DNA of 63,847 nt, filler included, from Lama guanicoe (GCA_013239625.1; 165 parts of 165 records of this genome joined end to end with filler, not necessarily neighbours in it); one strand, 5' to 3'. Positions 22,193 to 34,736 are shown, counted from the whole stretch's first letter. Notes: a model not told the origin generated them from the letters alone. Translations and numbers: made by a program.

Positions 22193-24765
22193 TCTCACAG
22201 ACATCATTTTCCAAATATACAACATTCCTTATGCTATTCTAGGGAAAGGCATGGCAGGAAAAAGGCCTGGGGAACCTCTCGAGGATGAAATGCCTAGAAA
22301 TACACCAAGGGTGGAAGGTAAACTCAAGGATGCACAGAAGAATCGNNNNNNNNNNNNNNNNNNNNNNNNNNNNNNNNNNNNNNNNNNNNTTAATTAATTA
22401 ANNNNNNNNNNNNNNNNNNNNNNNNNNNNNNNNNNNNNNNNNNNNTTTCTCCATTGTATATTCTTGCCTCCTTTGTCAAAGATTAATTGACTGTTCTGTC
22501 TGTGGGTTTATTTACAAATTACAGAATTTGTAAATGTATATATCCCTAGGTGCCAGTTTGTGACTGTCTTTACATATTTCAATACAGAAACTATAACATT
22601 CAGTAGTGTGCTGTCAGAGTGTGCTTCAGCTCATCCTCATCTGGATACACCCACAATGTTAATGTCTAAACAGTAATCATTAAACAGAAGCAGACTCATA
22701 GACATAGAATACAAACTTGTGGTTGCCGGGNNNNNNNNNNNNNNNNNNNNNNNNNNNNNNNNNNNNNNNNNNNNTTAATTAATTAANNNNNNNNNNNNNN
22801 NNNNNNNNNNNNNNNNNNNNNNNNNNNNNNAAAAGTTTTTAATCAGTTTTGTTCTTAGTTTCTCATTATTTATTTTGTAGAATATAATCAGCTAATTGTA
22901 CTTTCAAGTGGGAAACTAAATGAAGAGAACTTTCTATGGTGAAGTCTATAACTCACCATAGGACTAATAAGATCAAAGTGAACTCTAGAGTTAGCTTAGA
23001 GCTCACACTTGACCAGAATGACATCAATTTACTGTGTTTGAAAGACTGGGGTTGAGAAATTTCACTCAGCAAATTGGAGTCTTCTTTTCACTTAAGTTGG
23101 ATCACCTTCAGTTGCATNNNNNNNNNNNNNNNNNNNNNNNNNNNNNNNNNNNNNNNNNNNNTTAATTAATTAANNNNNNNNNNNNNNNNNNNNNNNNNNN
23201 NNNNNNNNNNNNNNNNNAAATGTATCTTTTATTTTTTCTGCCATTTACCATTTGGAAAAAGTAAGGCTTACCTGGTTTTTAATAAATTAAAAAACAGCTT
23301 CTAGTATTATTTTCTTTATTGTTCTAACACCACACTTTCTGAACATATTGTGTCTCTGTGATTTTTATGGTCAAAGACTACCAAGCCTTTCCCTTCTATG
23401 TTGGTCATTCGGTCGTTTATTAGAACAGGAACTTTGGACTTCATCAAATCTCTCATTTCCGCCTCTGCTTTTCATGCTGCGCTTTCTTCCACAGCAACTC
23501 TGTCNNNNNNNNNNNNNNNNNNNNNNNNNNNNNNNNNNNNNNNNNNNNTTAATTAATTAANNNNNNNNNNNNNNNNNNNNNNNNNNNNNNNNNNNNNNNN
23601 NNNNGGGGGGCCACCCATTATCAGCCCCCAGCATAGTCCACGGGTGTCTCCATGAAACCAAGAATTTCCGGGCGCTGCTGCACTGCCACGGATAAGGGCC
23701 CGGGCTGGTACTGGGTGGGGTCTCCCCAGTCCCCCCACCCTAGTGATTTCACTGATGTCTGACATTCGTGCTTTGACAAGGACGCTGCACGTGGCACTGT
23801 GTACACAGCTTCTCAGCCCTCACCGTAACCTCTGGAGGGGTATTTTTAGAATTCCCCCACTCTCTGGATGAGCAAACTGAGGCCCAGTGACNNNNNNNNN
23901 NNNNNNNNNNNNNNNNNNNNNNNNNNNNNNNNNNNTTAATTAATTAANNNNNNNNNNNNNNNNNNNNNNNNNNNNNNNNNNNNNNNNNNNNTGTCTGCAG
24001 GATTATCAAAAAGGCAAGAGGTCACTTAAATTTTCCAGTGGTATTCCGGTGTCAAGAAATTTAATTCAACATATTTTCAATTTTCCCTGAGTTTTACATC
24101 TTTAATCAGATTCATAAAAGTTTTTTTTTAAACCTACTTCAAGTCCATTATTGGAGTGGTACCACTTGGTTCATTATTAAAATAAAATAATGTTTAGACA
24201 TTTGAAATGTGAGGCCATTTAGCAGGTATTGAATTTTATGAGTTCTTAGATAATACTCATGTTGTAGATACTCTCAGANNNNNNNNNNNNNNNNNNNNNN
24301 NNNNNNNNNNNNNNNNNNNNNNTTAATTAATTAANNNNNNNNNNNNNNNNNNNNNNNNNNNNNNNNNNNNNNNNNNNNGAAGTGCTGCATATTTGTCCTA
24401 TCTTTGGCTCAGGGATGGAGCATGTTCGAGTGAACTTTAATGTCTGCACAGATTTCACTGTCTTTCTCTAGGTTCACTTGTCCATTCTAAAGAGGCCTGA
24501 GCTAAGTCCATACTCCATAAGATCTATTCCCTCCAGTGACAGCTCATCGAGCCTACAATTAAAAGCCAACAGAACAAGACTGTCCTCAGCTAAAAATGTC
24601 ACCCACCCTTCACTGCTTACTTAATCTCCTCTCCTGGCTAATTGCAACAGACTAACACCTCCCTCNNNNNNNNNNNNNNNNNNNNNNNNNNNNNNNNNNN
24701 NNNNNNNNNTTAATTAATTAANNNNNNNNNNNNNNNNNNNNNNNNNNNNNNNNNNNNNNNNNNNN

Positions 24766-25041
24766 CATACATATACATACATATATTCATTTTCATATTC
24801 TTTTTCATTAAGGGGTACTACAGGATATTGAATATAGTTCCCTGTGCTATACAGAAGAAACCTTGTTTATATATATATCTATTTTATATATAGTAATTAG
24901 TATCTGTAAACCTCAAACTCCCAGTTTATCCCTTCCCACCCTCTTCCTCCCCTGGTAACCATAAGTTTGTTTTCTATGTCCGTTGAGTCTGTTTCTTTTT
25001 AATAAATAAGTTCATTTGTCTTTTTTTAAGATTCCACATAC
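24766..25041 (-). mobile_element. LINE-1 3' UTR, young camelid type
   Basis: GATATTGAATATAGTTCCCTGTGCTATACAG...CCCTGGTAACCATAAGTTTGTTTTCTATGTC..GAGTCTGTTTC...AGATTCCACATA. Confidence 0.9.
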
Positions 25042-25923
25042 AAAGGCTANNNNNNNNNNNNNNNNNNNNNNNNNNNNNNNNNNNNNNNNNNNNTTAATTA
25101 ATTAANNNNNNNNNNNNNNNNNNNNNNNNNNNNNNNNNNNNNNNNNNNNAAAATAAGGGCGAGGGCGACTGGCTTAGTGTTCCTTATCAAGTGACCCTTG
25201 GGCTCTGACTACTTTGAGAATGCTATTCATAGGGATTATTCAGATAGTTTAGTGGCGGCTAAACTTGATTTTAGAGCATTTTTCAGCAGGGTGATTCCTC
25301 CCCCTTCGCTGTGAAATTGCCCAAATGAGATTCCGGTGTTGCAACTTCGGTCCGTGTTTTGTCTGGGGAGACTGGGAACTGAGACTTTCAAAGTCAAGTG
25401 CTCACAGCCCGCTTCTGAATCCGCAAAGCTTGAAAGNNNNNNNNNNNNNNNNNNNNNNNNNNNNNNNNNNNNNNNNNNNNTTAATTAATTAANNNNNNNN
25501 NNNNNNNNNNNNNNNNNNNNNNNNNNNNNNNNNNNNGGAGTAATTCTGCAGCATCCATTGCCTCTGGCCTTGGGGAAACAGACATTCTCACCTGTTTCTG
25601 AAAGGGAGTGAGAATTACTACAGCCATGTAAGAAAATTACGTCACAGTCCTTTCGAAATTAAAATTTCGCCTTGCGATCAAACTTTTTAAATCCCTTGTA
25701 CAAAATAAAAATCCCCATATGGAAGTGTCCTTGTAGAAGGAAGTTTATTTTAGTGTTATTTGAAGTGGCTGACAACCAATTAAAGAAACAAAAGCAAACT
25801 AGACAAACAAATGAAAAAAAAAANNNNNNNNNNNNNNNNNNNNNNNNNNNNNNNNNNNNNNNNNNNNTTAATTAATTAANNNNNNNNNNNNNNNNNNNNN
25901 NNNNNNNNNNNNNNNNNNNNNNN

Positions 25924-26210
25924 GGAGACCGCCCCTCAGGCCTTCCTCTGAGTCCTCACCTCAACGCCCGTCGGAGTCGTCCTCCACAGGCCGCAACCAA
26001 CGACGCCTCTGGCCCTCAGAGCCCGGGGCGGAAGTCACGACTCAACATACGGGAACCCTGCCCGGGGCCTCCTGGGGCGGATGGCAGGGGTCCTATCAGA
26101 GGACTGAGGGGCTCAGTCTCCTCCCTCTGGATACTTTCCTGACGTGGCTCCAGCCCCTTCCAGGAAACCTGCCCCTCAGACCCCCGAGGCAGGACTCAGG
26201 AGACCCCCCA
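25924..26210 (-). promoter_or_regulatory. MAGE-type promoter and non-coding first-exon module (tentative)
   Basis: Minus strand: GAGGCCCCGGGCAGGG...TGACTTCCGCC (ETS, plus 26029-26035)...CTCTGAGGG...GAG|GTGAGGAC (donor at 25960/25959), plus a CRE-like TGACGT at 26140. The layout recalls MAGE-A/B 5' modules. Confidence 0.4.
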
Positions 26211-26697
26211 NNNNNNNNNNNNNNNNNNNNNNNNNNNNNNNNNNNNNNNNNNNNTTAATTAATTAANNNNNNNNNNNNNNNNNNNNNNNNNNNNNNNNNN
26301 NNNNNNNNNNTCCTTGTCCCTGTAGGACTGAGGAGGAGCAGAACATAAACTACAGTCGTAACAGTCATGTGAATTATATGGTATTCTAGAAGGTGGTAGG
26401 AATAATATGATCAGGGAGAGGAGGGTTCTGGGGCAGAGACAAGGGGAAGGCGGTTTCCAGTTTAAAATGAGGTGGCCTGAGTCAGCCTCCCTGAGGACCT
26501 TGAGAAGGGGGTACTAGTCGCTGGGCTTCCTCGAACACAGCACCACACACTGGGTGTCGTGAACCACAGAGGCTCACTGTCTCACAGCCCTGGGGGCNNN
26601 NNNNNNNNNNNNNNNNNNNNNNNNNNNNNNNNNNNNNNNNNTTAATTAATTAANNNNNNNNNNNNNNNNNNNNNNNNNNNNNNNNNNNNNNNNNNNN

Positions 26698-26984
26698 ACC
26701 ACAGCTCAGAAACGGGTCTAGAAGCCTCTATTCCAGAAACAGGGGAGCAGAACCAGCCCCTGTCAAGGCTGTAACAACCACAAAACAAAAAAAGAGGCCC
26801 CACTCAACAACCTTCAGGGAAGCCTCCGATCACCACACCAACCACACCTCCAATCAAAGGGATAACAGCCAACACAGAAGAAAGATATAGCAACCATCCA
26901 CACTAAGAACAGCCCTCGCAACAAAACTATTAAAAACACACAGTCTACACAGGAACACTCTCACTTTACATAAAAACAAACAAA
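26698..26984 (+). mobile_element. Probable LINE-1 5' UTR (distal part), cetartiodactyl type
   Basis: A/C-rich sense strand with ATCAAAGGGATAACAGCCAACACAG and CACAGTCTACACAGGAACACT motifs, as seen upstream of L1 ORF1. Confidence 0.45.
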
Positions 26985-28516
26985 NNNNNNNNNNNNNNNN
27001 NNNNNNNNNNNNNNNNNNNNNNNNNNNNTTAATTAATTAANNNNNNNNNNNNNNNNNNNNNNNNNNNNNNNNNNNNNNNNNNNNACATCAATAAAGTGAC
27101 TTTCAATAAAAGATTTATGTTATTTTGATGCACAGCTCCCTTTGATCCTGTTTTTTGCTCTTTCTTTGCAAAGCTTTGTGGGGATACTGCTGGGCAGTGC
27201 TTTCTTTTCTGTTTCACGCCATCCTAGAAAGGACTGTGGGCGCGGTGGGAGATACCAGCATCCTTCTGGAAAGCCTGAATGCTCGATCTGCTGGGGGGCA
27301 GACTGAGTCTTCTCCATGTATACACCTGTCTGGTTTCATGAACACTTTCTCCCTCACCCGAATAAGGATCGNNNNNNNNNNNNNNNNNNNNNNNNNNNNN
27401 NNNNNNNNNNNNNNNTTAATTAATTAANNNNNNNNNNNNNNNNNNNNNNNNNNNNNNNNNNNNNNNNNNNNACCGTTGCTAGAATGACCCTTGGTTGCAC
27501 TGCCAGCATCCCACCCTCGCTGGGGTTTGTACCAAGGGCCTCTGCCTAGAGTAGCTTTTGACACACAGCTATGGAGGGTCACCCAAGGTAGTAGAGGGCG
27601 GGGTTAGTCTCCTGGGGAGACCTAGAAGCAGGGCCCAAGGCAAATCTTGTTTTTGCCAGATCTGTGAGACTCTGGGTGGCAAGAACACCATTTGGGTGTT
27701 GGAGTTAATCATCTGTTTCCCACTTTGCAGTGACCTGAGGGGTTTCTGGCTTTGGCTCNNNNNNNNNNNNNNNNNNNNNNNNNNNNNNNNNNNNNNNNNN
27801 NNTTAATTAATTAANNNNNNNNNNNNNNNNNNNNNNNNNNNNNNNNNNNNNNNNNNNNTATGTGCTTCATTTGAAAGGTCATCCCAACCAAGCACAGGTG
27901 GTAGCTTGATTAATTATGATGCCACTACATGCCAAGAACTACTACCGATCTGATCAAAGAGCTGAAATTAAAGGCATAATAAAACCAATCCTAAAATTCC
28001 ATTCTTTATAAATATATCTTCTGGGCTACTGTTGATATCAATTTCATAAAAGTGTTGATCCAATCAAAAGAGAGAAACCACATAGTAATTTGAACAGGAA
28101 AAGTTTGATATAAAGAATTATTAACCTACATGCACCCCAATGTTCNNNNNNNNNNNNNNNNNNNNNNNNNNNNNNNNNNNNNNNNNNNNTTAATTAATTA
28201 ANNNNNNNNNNNNNNNNNNNNNNNNNNNNNNNNNNNNNNNNNNNNAATCTAAAATAACCAATTAGAAACCAACCACTCTGCTTGATGGATACAAGTAAAT
28301 GTTGATTTTTGCAAAAGGAAAGTATTGTTTTCTCTTTGGAAATAGGTGAACCCTGTCAAGCTAATAAGGAATAAGTTAGTTAATTATGAATAAGTCAAAG
28401 AAATTCTTTAAAAAAAAGTATCATAAAAAGATAATGAACAACTACATGCCTTTACAGTGGCAATGTTAGGCTACATGAATAACTTTCTGGAAACAAAAGT
28501 TACAAAATTGAGTCTC

Positions 28517-28532
28517 GAGGGGAGGGGATAGC
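28517..28532 (+). mobile_element. Vic-1 SINE head, truncated at fragment end
   Basis: GAGGGGAGGGGATAGC, the same start as the copies at 9923 and 14083. Confidence 0.55.
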
Positions 28533-28883
28533 NNNNNNNNNNNNNNNNNNNNNNNNNNNNNNNNNNNNNNNNNNNNTTAATTAATTAANNNNNNNNNNNN
28601 NNNNNNNNNNNNNNNNNNNNNNNNNNNNNNNNCAAGTCAAACGCTAACATGGTATGAATGAGACAGCGGTGATAGGGGTGAGAGAGCGATTAGGATGGTT
28701 CCATCCAAATATAGACATAGTTTCAGAAAGGAAAGGTTAGAAAGAAGTTGAGTGATTTGTTACAGACTATACATAATTATGCATTGTCTGCACAGTGGAT
28801 ACAGGGGAATGCCTCATTCTACAATTAACTTACATTCATTTCACTCTACATACTTGGGTAAATGTCTAGACCAAGATCTATTT

Positions 28884-28919
28884 CCTATCCATCTATCTAT
28901 CTATCTTTCTATCTATCTA
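28884..28919. repeat. (TCTA)n microsatellite at fragment end
   Basis: CCTATCCATCTATCTATCTATCTTTCTATCTATCTA. Confidence 0.9.
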
Positions 28920-31900
28920 NNNNNNNNNNNNNNNNNNNNNNNNNNNNNNNNNNNNNNNNNNNNTTAATTAATTAANNNNNNNNNNNNNNNNNNNNNNNNN
29001 NNNNNNNNNNNNNNNNNNNGTAAGGGTGAAGGCTGTGAGTCATGGGATCATCCATGGACCTATAAGAAACATGTTGAAGCACGTTTTGAATTTATGTTCA
29101 GTGCCCTCAGTGAATAGTCCTGAAAGTCCAAATTGAGAAAATTAAAAAATATTATCATAGCAAGATGACAGAGGGAAGATTAGGTGGGAAATTCAGAAGT
29201 ATTGTCTGATTCCAGTCTTCAGTGTGTTGTCCCCAAAGCCATTGTCCCTAGTCAGGTCACCCTCAGTGTGCTTCTGACTTGGGTATCTCCAAGTCTGCCT
29301 TTTCGANNNNNNNNNNNNNNNNNNNNNNNNNNNNNNNNNNNNNNNNNNNNTTAATTAATTAANNNNNNNNNNNNNNNNNNNNNNNNNNNNNNNNNNNNNN
29401 NNNNNNCCTCTGGCCATAAGGTGGAGACTCACAGTGAGCACGTACTGAGCACCTGTTGTATGCTCTGTGCTGCACTAGGCACAAATGACTGGAATCGTGG
29501 ATGCGCTGCTTTAACAGAACCAAAAAGCCTCATTGTCCCCAAAGTGCTCTGGGAATAGAAGCGGGAGACAGCTCACTTTACCTGGGGAGGAATCCGGGGA
29601 AATTTTGTGAAGGAAGGGGCCCTAGAGCAAGGATGGGAAAGGTGAGTTGGATCCGAGTACACAGAGATGAGAGGGCAAGGGCATTCTCTGAGGCNNNNNN
29701 NNNNNNNNNNNNNNNNNNNNNNNNNNNNNNNNNNNNNNTTAATTAATTAANNNNNNNNNNNNNNNNNNNNNNNNNNNNNNNNNNNNNNNNNNNNAAAAAA
29801 AAAAAAAAAAAAAAACCAGTCCTGAGCAAAGAGCAGAAAACTAGAGAACTGAAGCCCAGAATCTGAGAAGAGGTCACAAATTCCCAAAATAGAACATTGA
29901 AGAGTCAGATCTGCACAAAGGCAGGGTCTTGAAAATTGTAAGGAAGCAACAGAAAAACCTCTAGTTAAACAATGGCTTTTAGTGACTTCTGCAAATAGGG
30001 GACAGTCAGCCAGGTGGCTCGATCTGGTGCATCAGAATCTGTCATGAGGAATTTCTGGCAAAGCAATGGAGATAAAACATAGNNNNNNNNNNNNNNNNNN
30101 NNNNNNNNNNNNNNNNNNNNNNNNNNTTAATTAATTAANNNNNNNNNNNNNNNNNNNNNNNNNNNNNNNNNNNNNNNNNNNNTCCCCCTCACTCATGTTG
30201 TCACTTGGACTCCCTGGTCCTTTTCCAGCTGGAGTTCTTTCTCTTTTTATTGTAGGCTTGAATGTCATTTAATTCCATCTGTTCTTTTGGTTTAGGCTAA
30301 AGAGGATTTCAGATTTGTGAGGGCTATATAGAAAGTGAGGGCGAGACAAGTCACGTGGCTTTAGAAACAATCACTCGTAAAATTAAAGTCAGAATTTGTC
30401 CACTGCTGATAAATGCTGGGACATTACCATGCACAAAATATCTCTCTGTCTCTCTCTGATCTCAGCAAGTNNNNNNNNNNNNNNNNNNNNNNNNNNNNNN
30501 NNNNNNNNNNNNNNTTAATTAATTAANNNNNNNNNNNNNNNNNNNNNNNNNNNNNNNNNNNNNNNNNNNNTTCCATCTGAAATCAAAGGCAATTTAGTAA
30601 TTAAATGACAATCTTGAAAGAAAAACGCTAAGAAACACAAATATAAGAAAAACAATACAATGCCTTTAAGAATTTGTCCTCTCCATTAAATGCCTGCTCC
30701 AGAGCTACCCGGCCCGGGCTCGGGCTGCTGACCACAGTAGAAGCAAACTGAGTCCTTCTGGGGTCCAGCAGGTGGGGGTCCCTGCAGCGCTGGGCAACCC
30801 GGGGCCGAGGTGAGATGCCAGGACACTCGAGCTGGCCCCTGCCTTGATGCTGTGCGTGNNNNNNNNNNNNNNNNNNNNNNNNNNNNNNNNNNNNNNNNNN
30901 NNTTAATTAATTAANNNNNNNNNNNNNNNNNNNNNNNNNNNNNNNNNNNNNNNNNNNNTTTTCCCACAGTGGTGTTCAGTTTAACAATATTCATAAATTT
31001 AATGGATGATTACTAAGCACTGTGTCAAATACTGTTTCTGGAGCCGGGTAAAACTGTGAAGATGCACAGAGTTCCTTGCCTTAATTCATTCACTTAAGGA
31101 ACAGTTGGTGGTAGCCAGCGTGAGTGTAGGGTTTAAAGAAGAGATACAAGCTTGGCTCTCAATGGCATATCAGTGGTATTTAGTCTGAAACTGGGGAAGA
31201 TCATCCAGAGAGTGAATAGAGATATGAAAGGGAAGAGGTCTGAGGANNNNNNNNNNNNNNNNNNNNNNNNNNNNNNNNNNNNNNNNNNNNTTAATTAATT
31301 AANNNNNNNNNNNNNNNNNNNNNNNNNNNNNNNNNNNNNNNNNNNNCTTTGACGAACTCTTTCCAGCGTATTCACATTTCTTTCTTCTCCCACCTCTTCC
31401 TCCTTCAGCCCTTATTGGGAACATTCCTGACTTCCAGAGAGGCTCACTGAAAGGAAGTTAGCAGTCACATTTTAGGAAGGATTTGTCACCCTTTCCATGG
31501 TTAAGTACAGCTGGTTGTTGGGTACAGGGGATGTGGTACACATGGGTGCTGCAATCGTGGGACATTCCATTTGGACTATAAGAGGATGAGCATGAGAATT
31601 CTCCTTTCTCTTCTGTTTCCTGGTGGGGTGTGTGNNNNNNNNNNNNNNNNNNNNNNNNNNNNNNNNNNNNNNNNNNNNTTAATTAATTAANNNNNNNNNN
31701 NNNNNNNNNNNNNNNNNNNNNNNNNNNNNNNNNNATACCCAATAGTATTGGAGAAATATGTTTTGATTTACTGACAGTCAAATATATCTGTGTATTGTGT
31801 ATATTTATATTGTTGGCATGTGTTAGTAACTGAACTTTTTAATTTGCACACACATCTGTTTAGGCCCACGGTGATAAGCAAACTCAAGGATGGGAGCCAC

Positions 31901-32529
31901 CAACTTCAAGTCAGGACTTTAGACCTGGTAAAGCCAAAGAGGATGAAGGAGCATCTGCAGTTGAAGGTGAAGGAAAAGGAACGAGGAATGCGTCTTGTGG
32001 GGATGTGTGTGTGTGTGTGTGTNNNNNNNNNNNNNNNNNNNNNNNNNNNNNNNNNNNNNNNNNNNNTTAATTAATTAANNNNNNNNNNNNNNNNNNNNNN
32101 NNNNNNNNNNNNNNNNNNNNNNCTGTGCCATTTTATTAACTTGTAAGAATCATAGTTCTTTACTTACTTCTAACCCCTCTATAGTTGTCACCTTCTCTTA
32201 GATTAAAATGATGCTGCTAGGCAGAAGACTTTAAATTGTTGATGTTTATAAGTACACCTTCTCTTTACACACTAGGCATCTTTCTGAAAAACTGTAAAAT
32301 TTATAAGTATAATCATATTTTTAAATATACTTGAGAACTTTAAGAAGTAAAGGACTCTACAGTGAATCTTATCTATAAAGCAAGAATCCTTTGGTTATAT
32401 AGATAGTAACNNNNNNNNNNNNNNNNNNNNNNNNNNNNNNNNNNNNNNNNNNNNTTAATTAATTAANNNNNNNNNNNNNNNNNNNNNNNNNNNNNNNNNN
32501 NNNNNNNNNNAATGTTTTCAACGTGGACG

Positions 32530-32798
32530 TGTTACCCCAAAAGGCGAAGGGGAAAAGACGCCAGTTCTTGCCTCACCTGAAAGGTAAGAATTCAAACGGG
32601 AGACAGAAGCATTGTGTAGCCAAGATTTTAAAGGTTTTGTTTCAAAGCAAAGGGAAAGTACACTTCCAGGAACGGGAGGCGGGCTGATCCCAGGGCGGAG
32701 AGCAGTGGGCTTTGTCCCTCCTCTTACACCCTCACTTAGAGGTGGTCTGTTGATTGATTGACAGCTCTTGCCCCTGGAGTGCTGAGTCATGCTTGTCC
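32530..32798 (-). mobile_element. ERV LTR 3' end (U5/R)
   Basis: Plus strand begins TGTTACC (the CA terminus on minus), followed by AAGAATTCAAACGGGAGACAG...AAAGGGAAAGTACACTTCC...GGAGGCGGGCTG, typical of reversed ERV1 LTR ends. Confidence 0.55.
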
Positions 32799-33372
32799 NN
32801 NNNNNNNNNNNNNNNNNNNNNNNNNNNNNNNNNNNNNNNNNNTTAATTAATTAANNNNNNNNNNNNNNNNNNNNNNNNNNNNNNNNNNNNNNNNNNNNGG
32901 CAACAACTATAAAAGCCTGTAATAAACCCTACTGCAGTGTTTGCTGGGAAGACAAAATAAGATTATGTATGAGGAAGTGATTCAAAATCATAAAGCACCA
33001 TAGAAATATAAAGTTTAACTACTACTGCTGTGATTACCTGGGCATCCACAAGGCTCTGGATTTTCAATATGCAGTGCTGTGGGATATTGCATTTGAATAA
33101 AGATGAATTTGAGAGATGAAGTAATACACTTGCTATCCTTAAACACACTGAGATTCACATTCACTTGCCCTAATTATCAGCACAAANNNNNNNNNNNNNN
33201 NNNNNNNNNNNNNNNNNNNNNNNNNNNNNNTTAATTAATTAANNNNNNNNNNNNNNNNNNNNNNNNNNNNNNNNNNNNNNNNNNNNAAAGATTAAACTAG
33301 AGAAGGCATGTGGAATTACTTCATAAACTGTAAACATATCTTGCTGCCTCCTCATAAAATCTATTTGAGTGA

Positions 33373-33574
33373 ATGACCCTGCCCTGGGACTGGCTGGGCT
33401 GGCCCCATTTACCAGTGAGCCTGCTCTAGCCTAGGGCCCAGCTTTACCCACCAGTGGGCAGACATCAGCTGTGAGAAAACTTTAGCTTCACAGCCTGTGT
33501 GACCCAGGCCACACACTAGCAGTCCAGACCCTGCCCAGGGACCAGCTGGGCACTGGCCCACCCAATAGAAGGCT
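33373..33574 (+). mobile_element. Probable L1 5' UTR monomer region
   Basis: Internal repeats GACCCTGCCC(T/A)GGGAC(T/C)(G/A)GCTGGGC..TGGCCC and CCCACCAGTGGGCAGACATCAGC. Confidence 0.45.
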
Positions 33575-33674
33575 NNNNNNNNNNNNNNNNNNNNNNNNNN
33601 NNNNNNNNNNNNNNNNNNTTAATTAATTAANNNNNNNNNNNNNNNNNNNNNNNNNNNNNNNNNNNNNNNNNNNN

Positions 33675-33961
33675 AAACAGTGCAGGACTGGTCCCGTGGG
33701 GAGGGAGCAGCAAAGGAGGACTGGCGCTCATTCGCTAGGTCTCCCCCTCTCCAACAGAGAGGCCAGCAGGACAGAGGGGGAGTCTCCGAGGCTCGGATCT
33801 GTACGGAGCAGACTGACAGAACTAAGTTAAATGGGCACAGAGGGTCCCTGCAACACCCAGCCTGCGACCTGAGCCGGGAGCTGGGGGCTGGGACAGGCTG
33901 CCTGAGCCGGGTGGAGGATGGGGACAGCTGCACTGAGGCAGCCCCGGGGGACTGCAGGGTG
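33675..33961 (+). mobile_element. Probable young L1 5' UTR
   Basis: GC-rich GGGAGGGAGCAGCAAAGGAGGA...CTAGG..CCCCCTC...GGGGGAGTCTCCGAGGCTCGGA...CCCAGCCTGCGAC resembles cetartiodactyl L1 5' UTRs. Confidence 0.5.
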
Positions 33962-34061
33962 NNNNNNNNNNNNNNNNNNNNNNNNNNNNNNNNNNNNNNN
34001 NNNNNTTAATTAATTAANNNNNNNNNNNNNNNNNNNNNNNNNNNNNNNNNNNNNNNNNNNN

Positions 34062-34349
34062 AAATATTCTAAATATTTGTTTCTAAATAAATGTTTATAA
34101 ATATTTGCCCCATTGACTTCTGAGTACCATGATTTCCAGGAAGAAATCAGGTATCAGTCTCTCTCTTTCTCTCCCTTTCCTTCCCCCCCATCCCTTTGAA
34201 GACAATGTATCTCTTCCTCAGACTTTTTTGAAGTTTCTTTGTCTTTGGTTTTCAGCAATTTGACTGTGATGTGTCTAATAGTAATTTTATTAATATTATA
34301 TTCTGCTCAGGATTGCTGAGTTTCTTGACTATGTAGGTTGATACCTAAT
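34062..34349 (-). mobile_element. Old L1M ORF1 remnant
   Basis: TCTTTGTCTTTGGTTTTCAGCAATTTGACTGTGATGTGTCTA is the reverse complement of the RHI.VKLLKTKDKE region. Confidence 0.75.
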
Positions 34350-34449
34350 NNNNNNNNNNNNNNNNNNNNNNNNNNNNNNNNNNNNNNNNNNNNTTAATTA
34401 ATTAANNNNNNNNNNNNNNNNNNNNNNNNNNNNNNNNNNNNNNNNNNNN

Positions 34450-34736
34450 GCACACAACTGGGCCTGCTCCCTCCTGTGCCTGCACACTCCTGGGCCTGGA
34501 AACTTCTGGGTCTGCACACTCCTGGGCCTGCCATCTCCTTAGCCTGCACAGTCGTGGGCCTGAACACTCCTGGGCCTGTTCCCTAGTATGCCTGCACACT
34601 CCTGTGACAGCACTCTCCTGGGCCTGCACACACCTGGGCCTGCAAACTCCTGGGCCTGTTCTATCTTGTGCCTGCACACTCCTGGGGCTGCACACTCCTG
34701 GGCCTGCTCCCTCCTGTGCATGCACACTCCTGGGCC
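34450..34736. repeat. 16-bp tandem satellite/minisatellite (GCACACTCCTGGGCCT)n, 18 in-phase units
   Basis: The fragment parses into 18 consecutive 16-mers without indels (the last lacks one base). Variant GCTCCCTCCTGTGCCT-type units are interspersed. Confidence 0.95.
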
